Shown in pieces: positions 1 to 12,971 of a stretch of DNA of 30,846 bases. Source of the DNA: Tubiluchus corallicola (taxonomy: Eukaryota > Animalia > Priapulida). How positions within the stretch are numbered: position 1 is the first letter of the stretch; the number at the start of each line of letters is the position of its first letter. A model generated the notes under the pieces. The model was not told the DNA's origin and made no database searches. It was given only the letters and a program-made list of their open reading frames with translations. A program made the translations under genes and the position numbers. The stretch is from assembly GCA_030141605.1 (NCBI GenBank), contig JAQGDQ010001654.1, positions 1 through 30,846 of the forward strand. Direction: 5' to 3'.

Positions 1-731
<731 letters not shown>

Positions 732-1128
732 CTCATTTGCAGAGTGACGAACTAAATAAAAGAACTACTTGATATCAGATGCATAATTACACAGACTCAA
801 CTTTCCTCCACCCCCCAACTAAGTCGTGTCATGTGTTGAACACGCACAAAAAGTGACCTCTACTTCACATGTTTGCTTTGCATCCGCAAGAAAACAGAAA
901 AAGGTGGGGCCAAACGAGCAAACAATGTAGTTCCAACACACCACTGATTGCTGTTCACTTGTTTTTGTTAAGAAGAAGCCAAATATTTATATGTATTAAT
1001 ATGTGAAGTTGCTGCTCAGACTGCTTGTGTAACCTTCAAGTGTAGTATAGTCTACCCGATCTTGAAATAAACTCCAGCCTTGCCCTCTCTTGTAATTCGT
1101 TATGTTTTTAGTACAGTACAGTATGTCA

Positions 1129-1248
1129 GACTACGGCCAAATCACGTTGAAAACACCGGTTTTCGTCTGGTCACCGAAGTTAAGCAACGTAGAGCCTGGT
1201 TAGTACTTGGATGGGTGACCGCCTAGGAATACCAGGTGCTGTAGGCTT
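1129..1248 (+). pseudogene. Full-length 5S rRNA-like head of SINE copy 1
   Basis: GACTACGGCCA..CACGTTGAAAACACCGG..GAAGTTAAGCAACGT..GGTTAGTACTTGGATGGGTGACCGCC..GAATACCAGGTGCTGTAGGCTT. Box A and box C are recognisable; no oligo-T terminator follows. Confidence 0.9.
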
Positions 1249-1672
1249 GCGGGATGTCCACACTGTATCTCGACACTAGGCGGAGGAGCTGCACAAGCAG
1301 CCAATGACTGGAGGGCGGAGGAGGTCAAGTGATCCAATGGCCATGTGTAGAGGAGTAAACCTTCCAAATCAGGAGTGGAGCCCCGAATGCGGACCAGTGC
1401 AGCATGCTCACTGACTCCAGCAGCTCCTGCAGCCAACCTGGTGCCAAACGTATCGCTCCGCTTTCCTTTGGACTACACCAGGGAGGAAGAGAGGGGGTTC
1501 CTGTTGTCTGGGCAACACAGGATCTCCATACACCTTGCCCAGGCGTGCGTCCTGGAGACGTTCAAGGATCGCACTGCTCAGCCACAGTCGACACTGCAGC
1601 TCCATCAATGTGATCAATAACTGACTCTCTTGGCGCACACTCCATTGTCTTCCGAGACAGAAGGATGCCAAC
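1129..1672 (+). mobile_element. 5S rRNA-derived SINE (SINE3-type) with RTE-like tail, copy 1
   Basis: 120-nt 5S-like head followed by a 424-bp body collinear with 4479-4902. The tail encodes SRIALLSHSRHC (1562-1624 to the stop), then a hairpin and gccaac. Confidence 0.85.
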
Positions 1673-2130
1673 CAATATTAATTGCTGATTTTATATTAGA
1701 AGGAGCTAAATTCCAAAAGCAAATGGCCGTCTTTGAAATTGAATAATGTTCATATTTATTATTCGTTTGAATCTGTTTAACATTGAAAGGTTCGTTTATT
1801 AGTGTGTTCCTCTTTAACAAAAGGTATTCCATTATTACGTAATGCTGCAGTCAAGTTATTTAAATATTTGTTTAGAAAGATTAGTCTGTAATACTGCAAG
1901 TATGCTTCGATGATAGAAATATTTCCCCTATTTGCTGTAGCGGAGTAATTGCTATAAGGTGACAGTTTTGGCCCTATTTTTAGGGCAGAGTTTTGCATTC
2001 GGTCAAGTCTGTCAAAAGAGTCTTTTCATATATTTGTTAACAGTTGACAGCCATATGTTAGGTGATGGAGAACTGGTGTTTTATATATCAGTAATTTAGT
2101 TTTAACGTTCAATAGTCATTTGATTTGTGT
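1673..2130 (-). mobile_element. Degenerate CR1/L2-like LINE 3' ORF fragment
   Basis: The minus strand reads LNVKTKLLIYKTPVLHHLTYGCQLL..*..RLDRMQNSALKI and, after a frameshift, TNNKYEHYSISKTAICFWNLAPSNIKSA (WN.LP..IK-type motif of the CR1/L2 C-terminus). It contains a stop and a frameshift. Confidence 0.7.
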
Positions 2131-2266
2131 TAAAAATGGCATACTGTATTATGATATTACTGATTGGAGTTTTTCCACTTTGCAACAAATGCGTTTTAGT
2201 TGAGAACAGAGACATACAACTGGTTGTCAAGAATATAGTTGCTATAGATAATTAGTCCTGAAATTA

Positions 2267-3052
<786 letters not shown>

Positions 3053-3411
3053 AGACTAGATCTGTGTTCAGATGAATGGAGGACTAGATCTGCTCTGTTC
3101 ATTCCACTACCGCCCACGCCTTGATTGTCTTCTCATCATGGTCGAGTAAAATGAACCGTCAAACGTGAATGCTATTAGTAATCTATCAGTGAAGACGTTA
3201 ATAGCAAAGCAAAGTTAGTAAGATAATAGAGGAGGCTGAGCGTCAAGTAAGAAATTATACGGAGACTTACATTAGCGTAGAAATGTCGTCAGTAATTACC
3301 TGAACATTCTCAGAAACTCACCTATAAATCAGCTCTCCAAGGTAAATTACTTACAGCAACACTTACTTATGCACAAATACAACATGGCCGCCATCCCAGA
3401 ACAATTCTATG

Positions 3412-3532
3412 TAGGGTAAAAGTGGGGTAATAATAGTCTCTGTTATGCAGTTGTAGGTTGTTATTTACAGTCGGTGATAATAGCTCTTTGAGCTAATGTT
3501 AATTGTTGACCCAAAAGCCGACTTTAAATAAA

Positions 3533-3536
<4 letters not shown>
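3412..3536 (+). mobile_element. 3' half of a tRNA-derived SINE ending in AATAAAG(ATT)n
   Basis: 3412-3478 is nearly identical to the reverse complement of 27806-27872 and runs into the (ATT)n tract. Confidence 0.7.
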
Positions 3537-3889
<353 letters not shown>

Positions 3890-4358
3890 AGAGAAATTTC
3901 ACTTATATTGTATTGAAAAACTACTGATCATACTTTTAACAACAATATTATCGAACATAACGTCTAGCACTAAATTTATTTCTGATAAAAAGATGCTGAT
4001 CAAAATTTAATGATAATTGCTGATGAGTGGTGGATTAGCAACTGCCATCGTTAGACGCGCATGAATAATTAGTAAAATGGCATAATTAACATTATAATTA
4101 AAATTAAAAACAGCGTTACAACTAAAAACAAAACACAATTATACAGATAAAACACAATTTAATAACTCTTCAGTTTTTAAAAAAACTTAATACAGCAGAG
4201 GATAGTGGAAGATCATTACATAAAATTTGAATTAATTTAGTTTAATACTACTACTTTAATTAGTAAATCTGATATTCCCATGAAGCAAAACTTTACTCTC
4301 AGCTGTTAAAATGGTCGTGTTCAGTTGTCTGCTGTACTAAACTCGTCATTACTGATAT

Positions 4359-4478
4359 TACTACGGTCATAGCACGTTGAAAACATAGGTTCTCGTCTGA
4401 TCACCAAAGTTAAGCATCATAGAGCCTGGTTAGTACTTGGATGGGTGGAGGCCCAGGAATACCAGGTGCTGTAGGCTT
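4359..4478 (+). pseudogene. 5S rRNA-like head of SINE copy 2
   Basis: Collinear with 1129-1248 with about 15 substitutions; no terminator. Confidence 0.85.
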
Positions 4479-4908
4479 GCGGGATGTCCACGCTGTATCT
4501 CGACACTAGGCGGAGGAGCTGCACAAGCAGCCAACGGCTAGAGGACGGAGGAGGTCAAGTGACCCAACGGCCATGTGTAGAGAAGTAAACCTTCCAAATC
4601 AGGAGTGGAGCCCCGAAGGCGGACCAGTGCAGCATGCTCACTGACTCCGGCAGCTCCTGCAGCCAACCTGGTGCCAAACGTATCGCTCCGCTTTCCTTTG
4701 GACTACACCAGGGAGGAAGAGAGGGGGTTCCTGTTGTCTGGGCAACTCAGGATCTCCATACACCTTGCCCAGGCGTGCGCCCTGGAGATGTTCAAGGATC
4801 GGACTGCTCAGCCACAGTCGACGCTGCAACTCCATCAATGTGATCAATAACTGACTCTCTTGGCACACATTCCATTGTCTTCCGAGACAGAAGGATGCCA
4901 ACAACAAC
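4359..4908 (+). mobile_element. 5S rRNA-derived SINE with RTE-like tail, copy 2
   Basis: 5S head at 4359-4478 and the same body as copy 1. 4792-4854 encodes SRIGLLSHSRRCNSINVINN*; the copy ends gccaacaacaac. Confidence 0.85.
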
Positions 4909-5101
4909 AGGGAGGAAGAGAGGGGGTTCCTGTTGTCTGGGCAACTCAGGATCTCCATACACCTTGCCCAGGCGTGCACTCCAGTGGTTCAAAGATCGCA
5001 CTGCTCAGCCACAGTCGACGCTGCAGCTCCATCAATGTGATCAATAACTGACTCTCTTGGCGCACACTCCATTGTCTTCAGAGACAGAAGGATGCCAACA
5101 A
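4909..5101 (+). mobile_element. 5'-truncated third copy (3' ~190 bp) of the same SINE, fused to the tail of copy 2
   Basis: Repeats 4710-4902 with a different sequence at about 4978-4987; ends gatgccaacaa. Confidence 0.85.
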
Positions 5102-5752
5102 GAATTGACATACATGTACATTGTACAGTATAAAGGCTGTCATAAGGTCATTGTTGCCTAGTCTTCCCATGAACCTTTAGACAATGGTAGGATATTAAGG
5201 TTGTCTCAACAAACCAGTGTTACATCCTGCCCTGGTCTTCCCTACTCGCCCAGGGGGTTTCGAGTTAAATTATGCAAATCAGTTGAAAACGTCATGATTA
5301 CAGAAGAAATTAAAATGGAGTCGTGCGAAACTCATCCCGAAAAATCAATTGATCAGACTTGGGATAAGTGGGAAATTCGCTTATCTGTGCGAAGAAAAAC
5401 GAAAAGAATTGAATTCTTTGTTTAGTTTATTCATAAGATATTTAACTTTTAGATTCACATGCTGTGGTGACGTTACATTCTGTTATATTACAGCATATAC
5501 TACAGTTCAAACAACGTCCTTTGAAATGAAGACAGGATGATTTTTCATACACTACCTAATTTTCATGTCCGATAAAAAGTCGACATTTTAACACAATTAC
5601 TACTGCAAAAGCGTTTCTAGTAATTAAAAAATAGATTAAAAAATTAATTAACGACGAGCGAGCCCAACTATTGATGACATCACAAACTAACATGATTTTC
5701 AATAGCAAAAATATTCCACCAGCGTGTTGCACATGTTTTTGTCAAAACAAAC

Positions 5753-8172
5753 ATTGAAGTACAGTGCTACTGTAAGAGATTCAGTGTGTTGTGCTAAAAC
5801 TAGGCAAGTTTTAAGATAAAAATTCAAATTTCAAATTTACCACTGTACTCACCATGAGCTGTCGAACGTGTGTAGTTCGTCACAAACTGACACTTCTGAA
5901 CTGAGAGGTACAGCACCGGTTTTTTGTACAATGCGTTTTCGAAATGCAGACGCTAGTGCCCGTATAACTATCGAATAGCGAAATGCATGTAACAGGGAAG
6001 AATTAGTGACGCGAACGTAAAATTGTGTTTGTGTGGTAATAATTCTTTCACGTAAGTCATTTTTGAAAAAATAGTATGTTTCCTTTTGATATTTTAAAGA
6101 GTAGATTGTTTTGACTTACAGTTTAAGATTGGATCCGGTTTTGCTTTAAACATGATCAAGACTAAGTTTTCAAATATAGCGTTCACACAATGTCTAAAGG
6201 CCTGTGCACACTGACTTTGAAATACTTTTGAACATGATAATACAAAATAGTAACGTTGCCACGTTCATTATAGTAGCGATTTTTCACTTTTTCTTTGTAC
6301 ATCGAGGCTTTTCAGATTTTCACTGAAAAAATGTCATAATTTAACATGATTATTGAGACACGATCGTTTCAGCCATGGAAGCCATTATCAAACCATAAAT
6401 GAAGCCAGAAAGAAATAATACATTAATGATGCAAAGGCACAAACTGAAACTACAAAACAACAGATTAGAATTTAACTTATCAAAATGAGCTGGGTTGTAA
6501 CCAAGTTTCACCAGTGACGTCACAGTAATTGGCTTCATTTTTTCGATTAGTATCAGTGCTTGGCGCCGTCCACCAGTGACGTCACAGTAATTGACTTCAT
6601 TTTTTTCCGATTAGAATCAGGGCTTGGCGCCATCCACCAGTGACGTCACAGTTATTGACTTGATTTTTTTCCGATTAGAATCAGGGCTTGGCGCCGTCCA
6701 CCAGTGAGGTCACATTAATTTAGCATACTGTTTTCATTAGTGTAACGGAAGAAACTGCAGGGAAATGTAGAAAATTTTTACCTAACACATGAGAACCAGA
6801 AAAGAACACAAACCAAGTCTATATAATGAAAAACTAGAGCATTAAGCTTTATAAGAACAAAACAACTTTTACATTTTGCACAATTTACCACAAGTGGGAG
6901 ACTTGGAAATAATGGTTTGCCCTTTTCCGGTTCTCACGTGATAGGTAAAAATTGTGCCTCTTCCCTCCGATTTATCCCGTTACTACCTAGTTTACTTTGA
7001 TAAATTGTAATCGAAAAAAATGAAGCCAATTACTGTGACGTCACTGGTGGACGGCGCCAAGCCCTGATTCTAATCGCAAACGTGAAGTCAATTGCTGTGA
7101 CGTCACTGGTGAAACTTGGTTACAACCCAGCTTATTTTGATAAGTTAAATTCTAATCTGTCGTTTTGTAGTTTCAGTTTGTGAATTGGCTTCCATGACTG
7201 AAACAATCATCTCTCAATTAACATGTTTTAACATTATTTTGATTTAAAAATTACAACATTTTTTCTGAAAATCTGAAAAGCCTCGATGTGAAAACAGAAA
7301 GTGAAAACTCACTACTATAATGAACGTGGCAACGTTACTATTTCGTGTTATCAAGTTCAAAAGTATTTCAAAGTCAATGTGGACAGGCCTTTACACATTA
7401 TGTGAACGCTATTGAAGTACAGTGCTTCTGTAAGATATTCAGTGTGTTGTACTAAAACTAGGCAAGTTTTAAGATAAAAATTCAAGTTTCAGATTTACTG
7501 CTGTGCTCATGTATGAGCTGTCGAACGTGTGTACTTCGTCACAAATCAACACATCTGAAGTTGGAGGTGCAACACCTGTTTTTGTGTAACGCGTTTCCGA
7601 AATGCAGGCTCTAGTGCCCGTCTAACTATGGAATAGTGAAACGCATGTAACAACGAAGAACTAGTGGCGCGAACGTGAAATTGTGTTTGTGTGGTAATAA
7701 TTCTTTCACGTAACCCATTTTTGAAAAAATAGTTTGTTTCCTTTCAATATTTTAAAGAGTAGATTTATTTGACTTACAGTTTAAGATTGGATCCGGTTTT
7801 GCTTTAAACATGATCAAGACTAAGTTTTCAAATATGGCGTTCACACAATGTGTAAAGGCCTGTGCACACTGACTTTGAAATACTTTTGAACATGATAATA
7901 CAAAATAGTTACGTTGCCACAGTCATTATAGTAGCGATTTTTCACTTTTTCTTTGTACATGGAGGCTTTCAGATTTTCACTGAAAAAATGTCATAATTTA
8001 ACATGATTATTGAGACACGATCGTTTCAGTCATAGAAGCCATTATCAAACTATAAATGAAGCCAGAAAGAAATAATACATTAATGATGCAAAGGCGCAAA
8101 CTGAAACTACAAAACAACAGATTAGAATTTACCAGTGATTTCACCAGTGACGTCACAGTAATTGACTTCATT
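5753..8172. repeat. Tandem duplication (5753-6540 repeated at 7411-8172) enclosing a long inverted repeat
   Basis: Both direct copies begin attgaagtacagtgct and end at caccagtgacgtcacagtaattg.cttcat. Confidence 0.9.
6176..7411. mobile_element. Foldback/MITE-like ~1.24 kb imperfect palindrome
   Basis: atagcgttcacacaatgtctaaaggcctgt... (6176) mirrors ...acaggcctttacacattatgtgaacgctat (7411). The arms pair inwards to about 6815/6913 and carry 62-64 bp subrepeats. Confidence 0.75.
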
Positions 8173-9109
8173 CATAAGTCACCTATGTAGGTAGTTCTGA
8201 AGTAGCAAAACAACTGAGACCTTATATTATACATGAACGTAATATTAGTTAATTTTAGCCATTTTTCTGGTTATAATCATGGTTAAAAGATGCCACCGAG
8301 ACTTATGTAACTCAGGTGTTCAGTTTAAGAGTGGTATATGGAATGGAAGAATCAAGTTTATTCCATTTCCTTAGCCTAGCAAAAGGAAAAATACAAAAAC
8401 CTAATAAATCTTGCAGACGAGCAAATGATCAGTTAATATAGAAAAATACATCGCAGGCTTGATGTTCGTATGTTTAAAGGCAAGAGAGACTTAATATTTT
8501 TGTTGCTCATTTATTGTAAAGCAAGGCTAACTGACTTAGTTTCTTTGTTATACTTATGTCTCTGCATTTTGTAGTGCTTTGAAACTTCGTCTCTACATTC
8601 TGTTTAAATTGAAAAATCATTTTTAGACAACTTGAAGTGTTAATTTCGTTTAAAAAACCTGCTGTTCTGCAAATTTGTGTTGATGAAAAAGAGCAATCAG
8701 TTTATCTGCTGATTAGACATTAGTTGTGACTGTCATGTTGTTTAGTTTAGTTGAGACAGTTGTTGTCCTGTGTGAGCTGTTGTCCCGAATGCTGCTGAGC
8801 GTGCTTACGTCACAGAGGAGGCGGAGCGATAGACCAATATGCAACTATGACGTCATTGTCACAGGGACCAGTATTATACAATCAATTTCCTTACTGTAAA
8901 ACTTCGCTTTGTTTTTGCCTGGAAAATATTCCTCTGTTTTTCACTTATTTGCTTTCTACATGTTTCATATAATTCATACTTAGGTAATTCACATATAATT
9001 TCATATAATATAGATAATTTTCATATAATTCACATTTCACTAGGAGCCTTTTAATGTGATGTGTTCAATTTTAGGGTGTTGTTCTCATAGATTTAGTTTT
9101 AGTTTTACC

Positions 9110-9943
9110 CAATTCTCATCCACGTGTGATATTGATAAGTTTATACTTTTAAACAAAAGTGGAGATGTGGAAGTTTTCCAGAATTCTCATCCACGTGTGA
9201 TATTGATAAGTTTATATTTTAAACATAAGTGGAGATGTGGAAGTTTTCCAGAATTCTCATCCACGTGTGATATTGATAAGTTTATATTTTTAAACAAAAG
9301 TGGAGATGTGGAAGTTTTCCAGAATTCTCATCCACGTGTGATATTGATAAGTTTATATTTTAAACATAAGTGGAGATGTGGAAGTTTTCCAGAATTCTCA
9401 TCCACGTGTGATATCGATAAGTTTATATTTTAAACAAAAGTGGAGATGTGGAAGTTTTCCAGAATTCTCATCCACGTGTGATATTGATAAGTTTATATTT
9501 TTAAACAAAAGTGGAGATGTGGAAGTTTTCCAGAATTCTCATCCACGTGTGATATTGATAAGTTTATATTTTAAACAAAAGTGGAGATGTGGAAGTTTTC
9601 CAGAATTCTCATCCACGTGTGATATTGATAAGTTTATATTTTTAAACAAAAGTGGAGATGTGGAAGTTTTCCAGAATTCTCATCCACGTGTGATATTGAT
9701 AAGTTTATATTTTTAAACAAAAGTGGAGATGTGGAAGTTTTCCAGAATTCTCATCCACGTGTGATATTGATAAGTTTATATTTTAAACAAAAGTGGAGAT
9801 GTGGAAGTTTTAGAATTCTCATCCACGTGTGATATTGATAAGTTTATTTTTAAACAAAAGTGGAGATGTGGAGTTTTTCAGAATTCTCATCCTGGTGATA
9901 ATGATAAGTTTATATTTTAAACAAAAGTGGAGATGTGGAAGTT
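9110..9943. repeat. 70-71 bp tandem repeat, about 12 copies
   Basis: Unit gaattctcatccacgtgtgatattgataagtttatattttaaacaaaagtggagatgtggaagttttcca. Confidence 0.97.
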
Positions 9944-10112
9944 AAGAAATTGTTGATTAATTGTGCATAAAATTTTAACAAAACGAGATTCTAAATTAAG
10001 ATGTAGGAATTAATTTTGCTAAGAATTAATGTATTCAGTGAGCACTGTGATATATACGTAGACGTGTTTCTTATAAATTATGATAGTTTTTAATCGCTTA
10101 AAAGAGTCCTGT

Positions 10113-10432
<320 letters not shown>

Positions 10433-10499
10433 CGAGCATGAGCGTGCAAATTACCGAAGTTTATAAATGAAACATCGGGGGGGGGGGGGGGGTAATTAA

Positions 10500-10582
10500 C
10501 TTTCTGACATAATTTTTGATTTCTTTGCACGAAACGTAGTTCCTGTTAACCAAATGTTGCATTACTTCTGGGACACCCTGTA
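10500..10582 (-). mobile_element. Possible solo Tc1/mariner-type MITE end
   Basis: The minus strand starts TA-CAGGGTGTCCCAGAA, a common Tc1/mariner terminal motif. No partner end was found. Confidence 0.35.
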
Positions 10583-11126
10583 TGTGCACGAAGCATCTGG
10601 TTTATGACTTGAATAAATGCATTTTGCCTTCGATGTTCAAGTAATAAAGGCAATTTTAGCTAAAACCTTCATATGCTTAATAATAAATTGATAAGCTTAC
10701 GTAATAAACTATCATTGAAAGATGAAATGTAACATTCATAAACACGAAACACGGCCAACTTAATTGTCATGTGTTTGTTTCTAAGCATCGACCGGAAACG
10801 GATGTTCAAAACTACATGTTGAGGTCTAGATAGCTAGCACATTCCCGTGTGAAAAACACCCACACGAATAATCCTCCTAATCCTACTTAGCAGATTTTAT
10901 TAACAATATATTATTACTTCCGGTTCATTAATCAATAACTTCCGTAACATCTAAAGTTAATCAAGCAAAAGCGAAAGTTCAATAAACACGGTATTCTGTC
11001 ACTGAAATAGCAATAGAGAGACTCGTTGTTTATAATATTCAGTCAGGTATAACCGAAATATCTTTTCACGGTTCCAGCGAATGATGATGATCGTGAAAAG
11101 GTCAAAGGTTAAGTGCACCAGGCAAC

Positions 11127-11710
11127 GCATTTGTGTACACTTGGCAATGCTTCGCAACCCATGCTGTTGTAATAGTAAAAGTTTTACCAGCTAGCTAGAA
11201 CCTTACCTAGTTCATTTTTTCTTGTTCCCAAGCAAGATCCTGCTAGTACATCACTCTACGCACAGACTAATAAATGATTAACTAAAGTCCGTGTAAAACA
11301 ACTGAAGTTACTAAACTGATGAGGCAGGCGACTTTGCTTTACACGCATGTCACGTGACGGTTGTAAGATCCTGCTAGTAAACCACTTTATGCACAGACTA
11401 ATGAATGATTAAGTAAAGTCCACGTAAAACTACTGAAGTTACTGATCTGATGAGGCAGACGGCTTTGCTCTACACTTGTGTCACGTGACGGTTGTAGTTG
11501 CTAGGGTACACCTACAACAACTCGGCGTGGGCATAACGAAAATGTGGAAAAGCTCCTTATCTGCTTACGTTTGAAGTACAGATGTACTTTAAAAAGGCAA
11601 ATCTATCTACGTGTGGTACACTTTCACCTACAGCAACTGCGCGTGCGCACAACAAAACTGTGAAAAGGCTCATTATTGTAGTTGATCGATTTTGCGTTCT
11701 CTCATAACAA
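11127..11710 (+). repeat. Dispersed repeat family R with an internal ~130 bp duplication
   Basis: Core actgaagttactgaactgatgaggcagac...gtcacgtgacggttgtag occurs at about 11301 and 11432, and is homologous to 23300-23488, 25280-25599 and 29890-30060. Confidence 0.8.
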
Positions 11711-11799
11711 ATCTAATGACGTAGGACTATGATCTGCACGTGTTTTCACGTAAACAAGTAAACAACACAGTAAACATATGATGTCGATACGCTCTGGTT

Positions 11800-11922
11800 T
11801 TTATTGGCTGTTGCAGATGCTTCATTATGACGTCATCTCTGCCACGATTTCGTTTCTGGGTTGCGTTCTAGCACACACAGTGACGTCACACATTGTCATC
11901 TATTGTCACTGTCGTCTTTATT
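11800..11922 (-). promoter_or_regulatory. Candidate polyadenylation signals for the receptor mRNA
   Basis: AATAAA on the minus strand at 11922-11917 and 11805-11800, 300-420 nt after the stop. The motif is common in AT-rich DNA. Confidence 0.3.
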
Positions 11923-12216
11923 ATTTACAACACTGATTCGCTGATGACTAAAAAACGTTCATCATCATCATCATCATCATCAGCATCATCATCATCATTT
12001 GCCCATTACGTCTATTGTAGACATTGGGCGGACAGAACTCTAAAATAAAAGAAATCTGCCCTTAAGATTGGTTAACACAGCAGTTAATCCAGCAAAAAAC
12101 TAGACTCTGTTATGCCAGTGGCTTGTCAGCACCACTTCCGATTCACTTTCACTTTCTTCTGTGCTTGAAGAAATCTATTCTCTTGTTCACAGAAGTGAAA
12201 GAAGTTCATGTCTTTT

Positions 12217-12507
12217 TTACACGACAGTCGACATGGTGCGACTGTAGTAACCTCTGCACTCCTCGTCTTTACCACAAGACAGCAATTTCCTAAAGGCTCG
12301 TCTAAACTTGGCAGACATGGCGTTGTAGAGGATGGGATTGATGGCGCTGTTGATGTAGATGAGTATCTTGGCGAAGAGAAAGTACCAGATGTCGCTGAAA
12401 AGCGGTTGCTTGTTGAGAAAACGGAATGAATTGTAGAGAACGATGAATCTATATGGAACCCAGAGTACAGCAAACAAAACCACTATTACTACTAACATCT
12501 TTACTAC
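12217..12507 (-). CDS. TRHR: TRH receptor-type GPCR, last coding exon (TM6, TM7, C-tail; 96 aa plus stop)
   Basis: Acceptor tttctcttattttacag|GTA, then [20 protein letters not shown]...[28 protein letters not shown], with TAA at 12219-12217. The phase-0 join to the upstream exon gives SSRLQ|VVKML, matching vertebrate SSRKQ-VTKML. Confidence 0.95.
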   Translation of the reverse strand, partial: VVKMLVVIVVLFAVLWVPYRFIVLYNSFRFLNKQPLFSDIWYFLFAKILIYINSAINPILYNAMSAKFRRAFRKLLSCGKDEECRGYYSRTMSTVV

Positions 12508-12683
12508 CTGTAAAATAAGAGAAAAGTGACAGTAGAGAAAGACAATAAGAATAAAAAAACAAATAACGGAAGTACTTTCGGCTGATGCAGCCATTATGGC
12601 TGTTCTATTATTGGCTAACGCTATCTTGCAGCTTTGGGATGCTGTGAGGCCTGTAGTATTAGCTAATGTGGTGATCGTTAATA

Positions 12684-12955
12684 AAGTCATAGGAAAAGTC
12701 ACAATTATGGCTAGGAAAATGTCACAGGAAAAAGTCACAATTATGGCTAGGAAAAAAGTCACAATTATGGCTACAGGAAAAGTCACAATTATGTCCAGGA
12801 AAAAAGTCACAATTATGTCCAGAAAAAAGTCATAAGAAAAAAGTCACAATCATGGCTAGGAAAATGTCACAGGAAAAGTCACAATCATGGCTAGGAAAAT
12901 GTCACAGGAAAAGTCACAATCATGGCTAGGAAAAAGTGATAGGAAAAAGTCATAG
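12684..12955. repeat. ~24-35 bp degenerate minisatellite
   Basis: Repeats of aggaaaaaagtcacaat(t/c)atggct. Confidence 0.9.
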
Positions 12956-12971
12956 AGAAAACTTTTGGAAC

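Noticed and set aside
1129-1248. Functional 5S rRNA genes or a 5S rDNA tandem array
   Set aside because: There is no oligo-T terminator, substitutions disrupt helices, homology between copies stops at a LINE-like tail, and the upstream flanks are unrelated.
1375-1620. Duplicated 81-aa and 69-aa ORFs (also 4605-4850) as a small protein gene pair
   Set aside because: They are incidental frames in the SINE body; the 81-aa ORF starts at GTG. Only the short SRIGLLSH frame is meaningful.
4340-5120. Target-site duplications around the 5S SINE copies
   Set aside because: No convincing direct repeat was found on the flanks of either copy by eye.
11316-11345. Hammerhead ribozyme suggested by CTGATGAG in family R and CTGATGA in the 56-bp satellite
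   Set aside because: No stem II followed by GAAA, and no closing stems I/III could be built.
12508-12810. N-terminal 100 aa of the 197-aa ORF
   Set aside because: It lies upstream of the splice acceptor and derives from intron and the 24-bp minisatellite.
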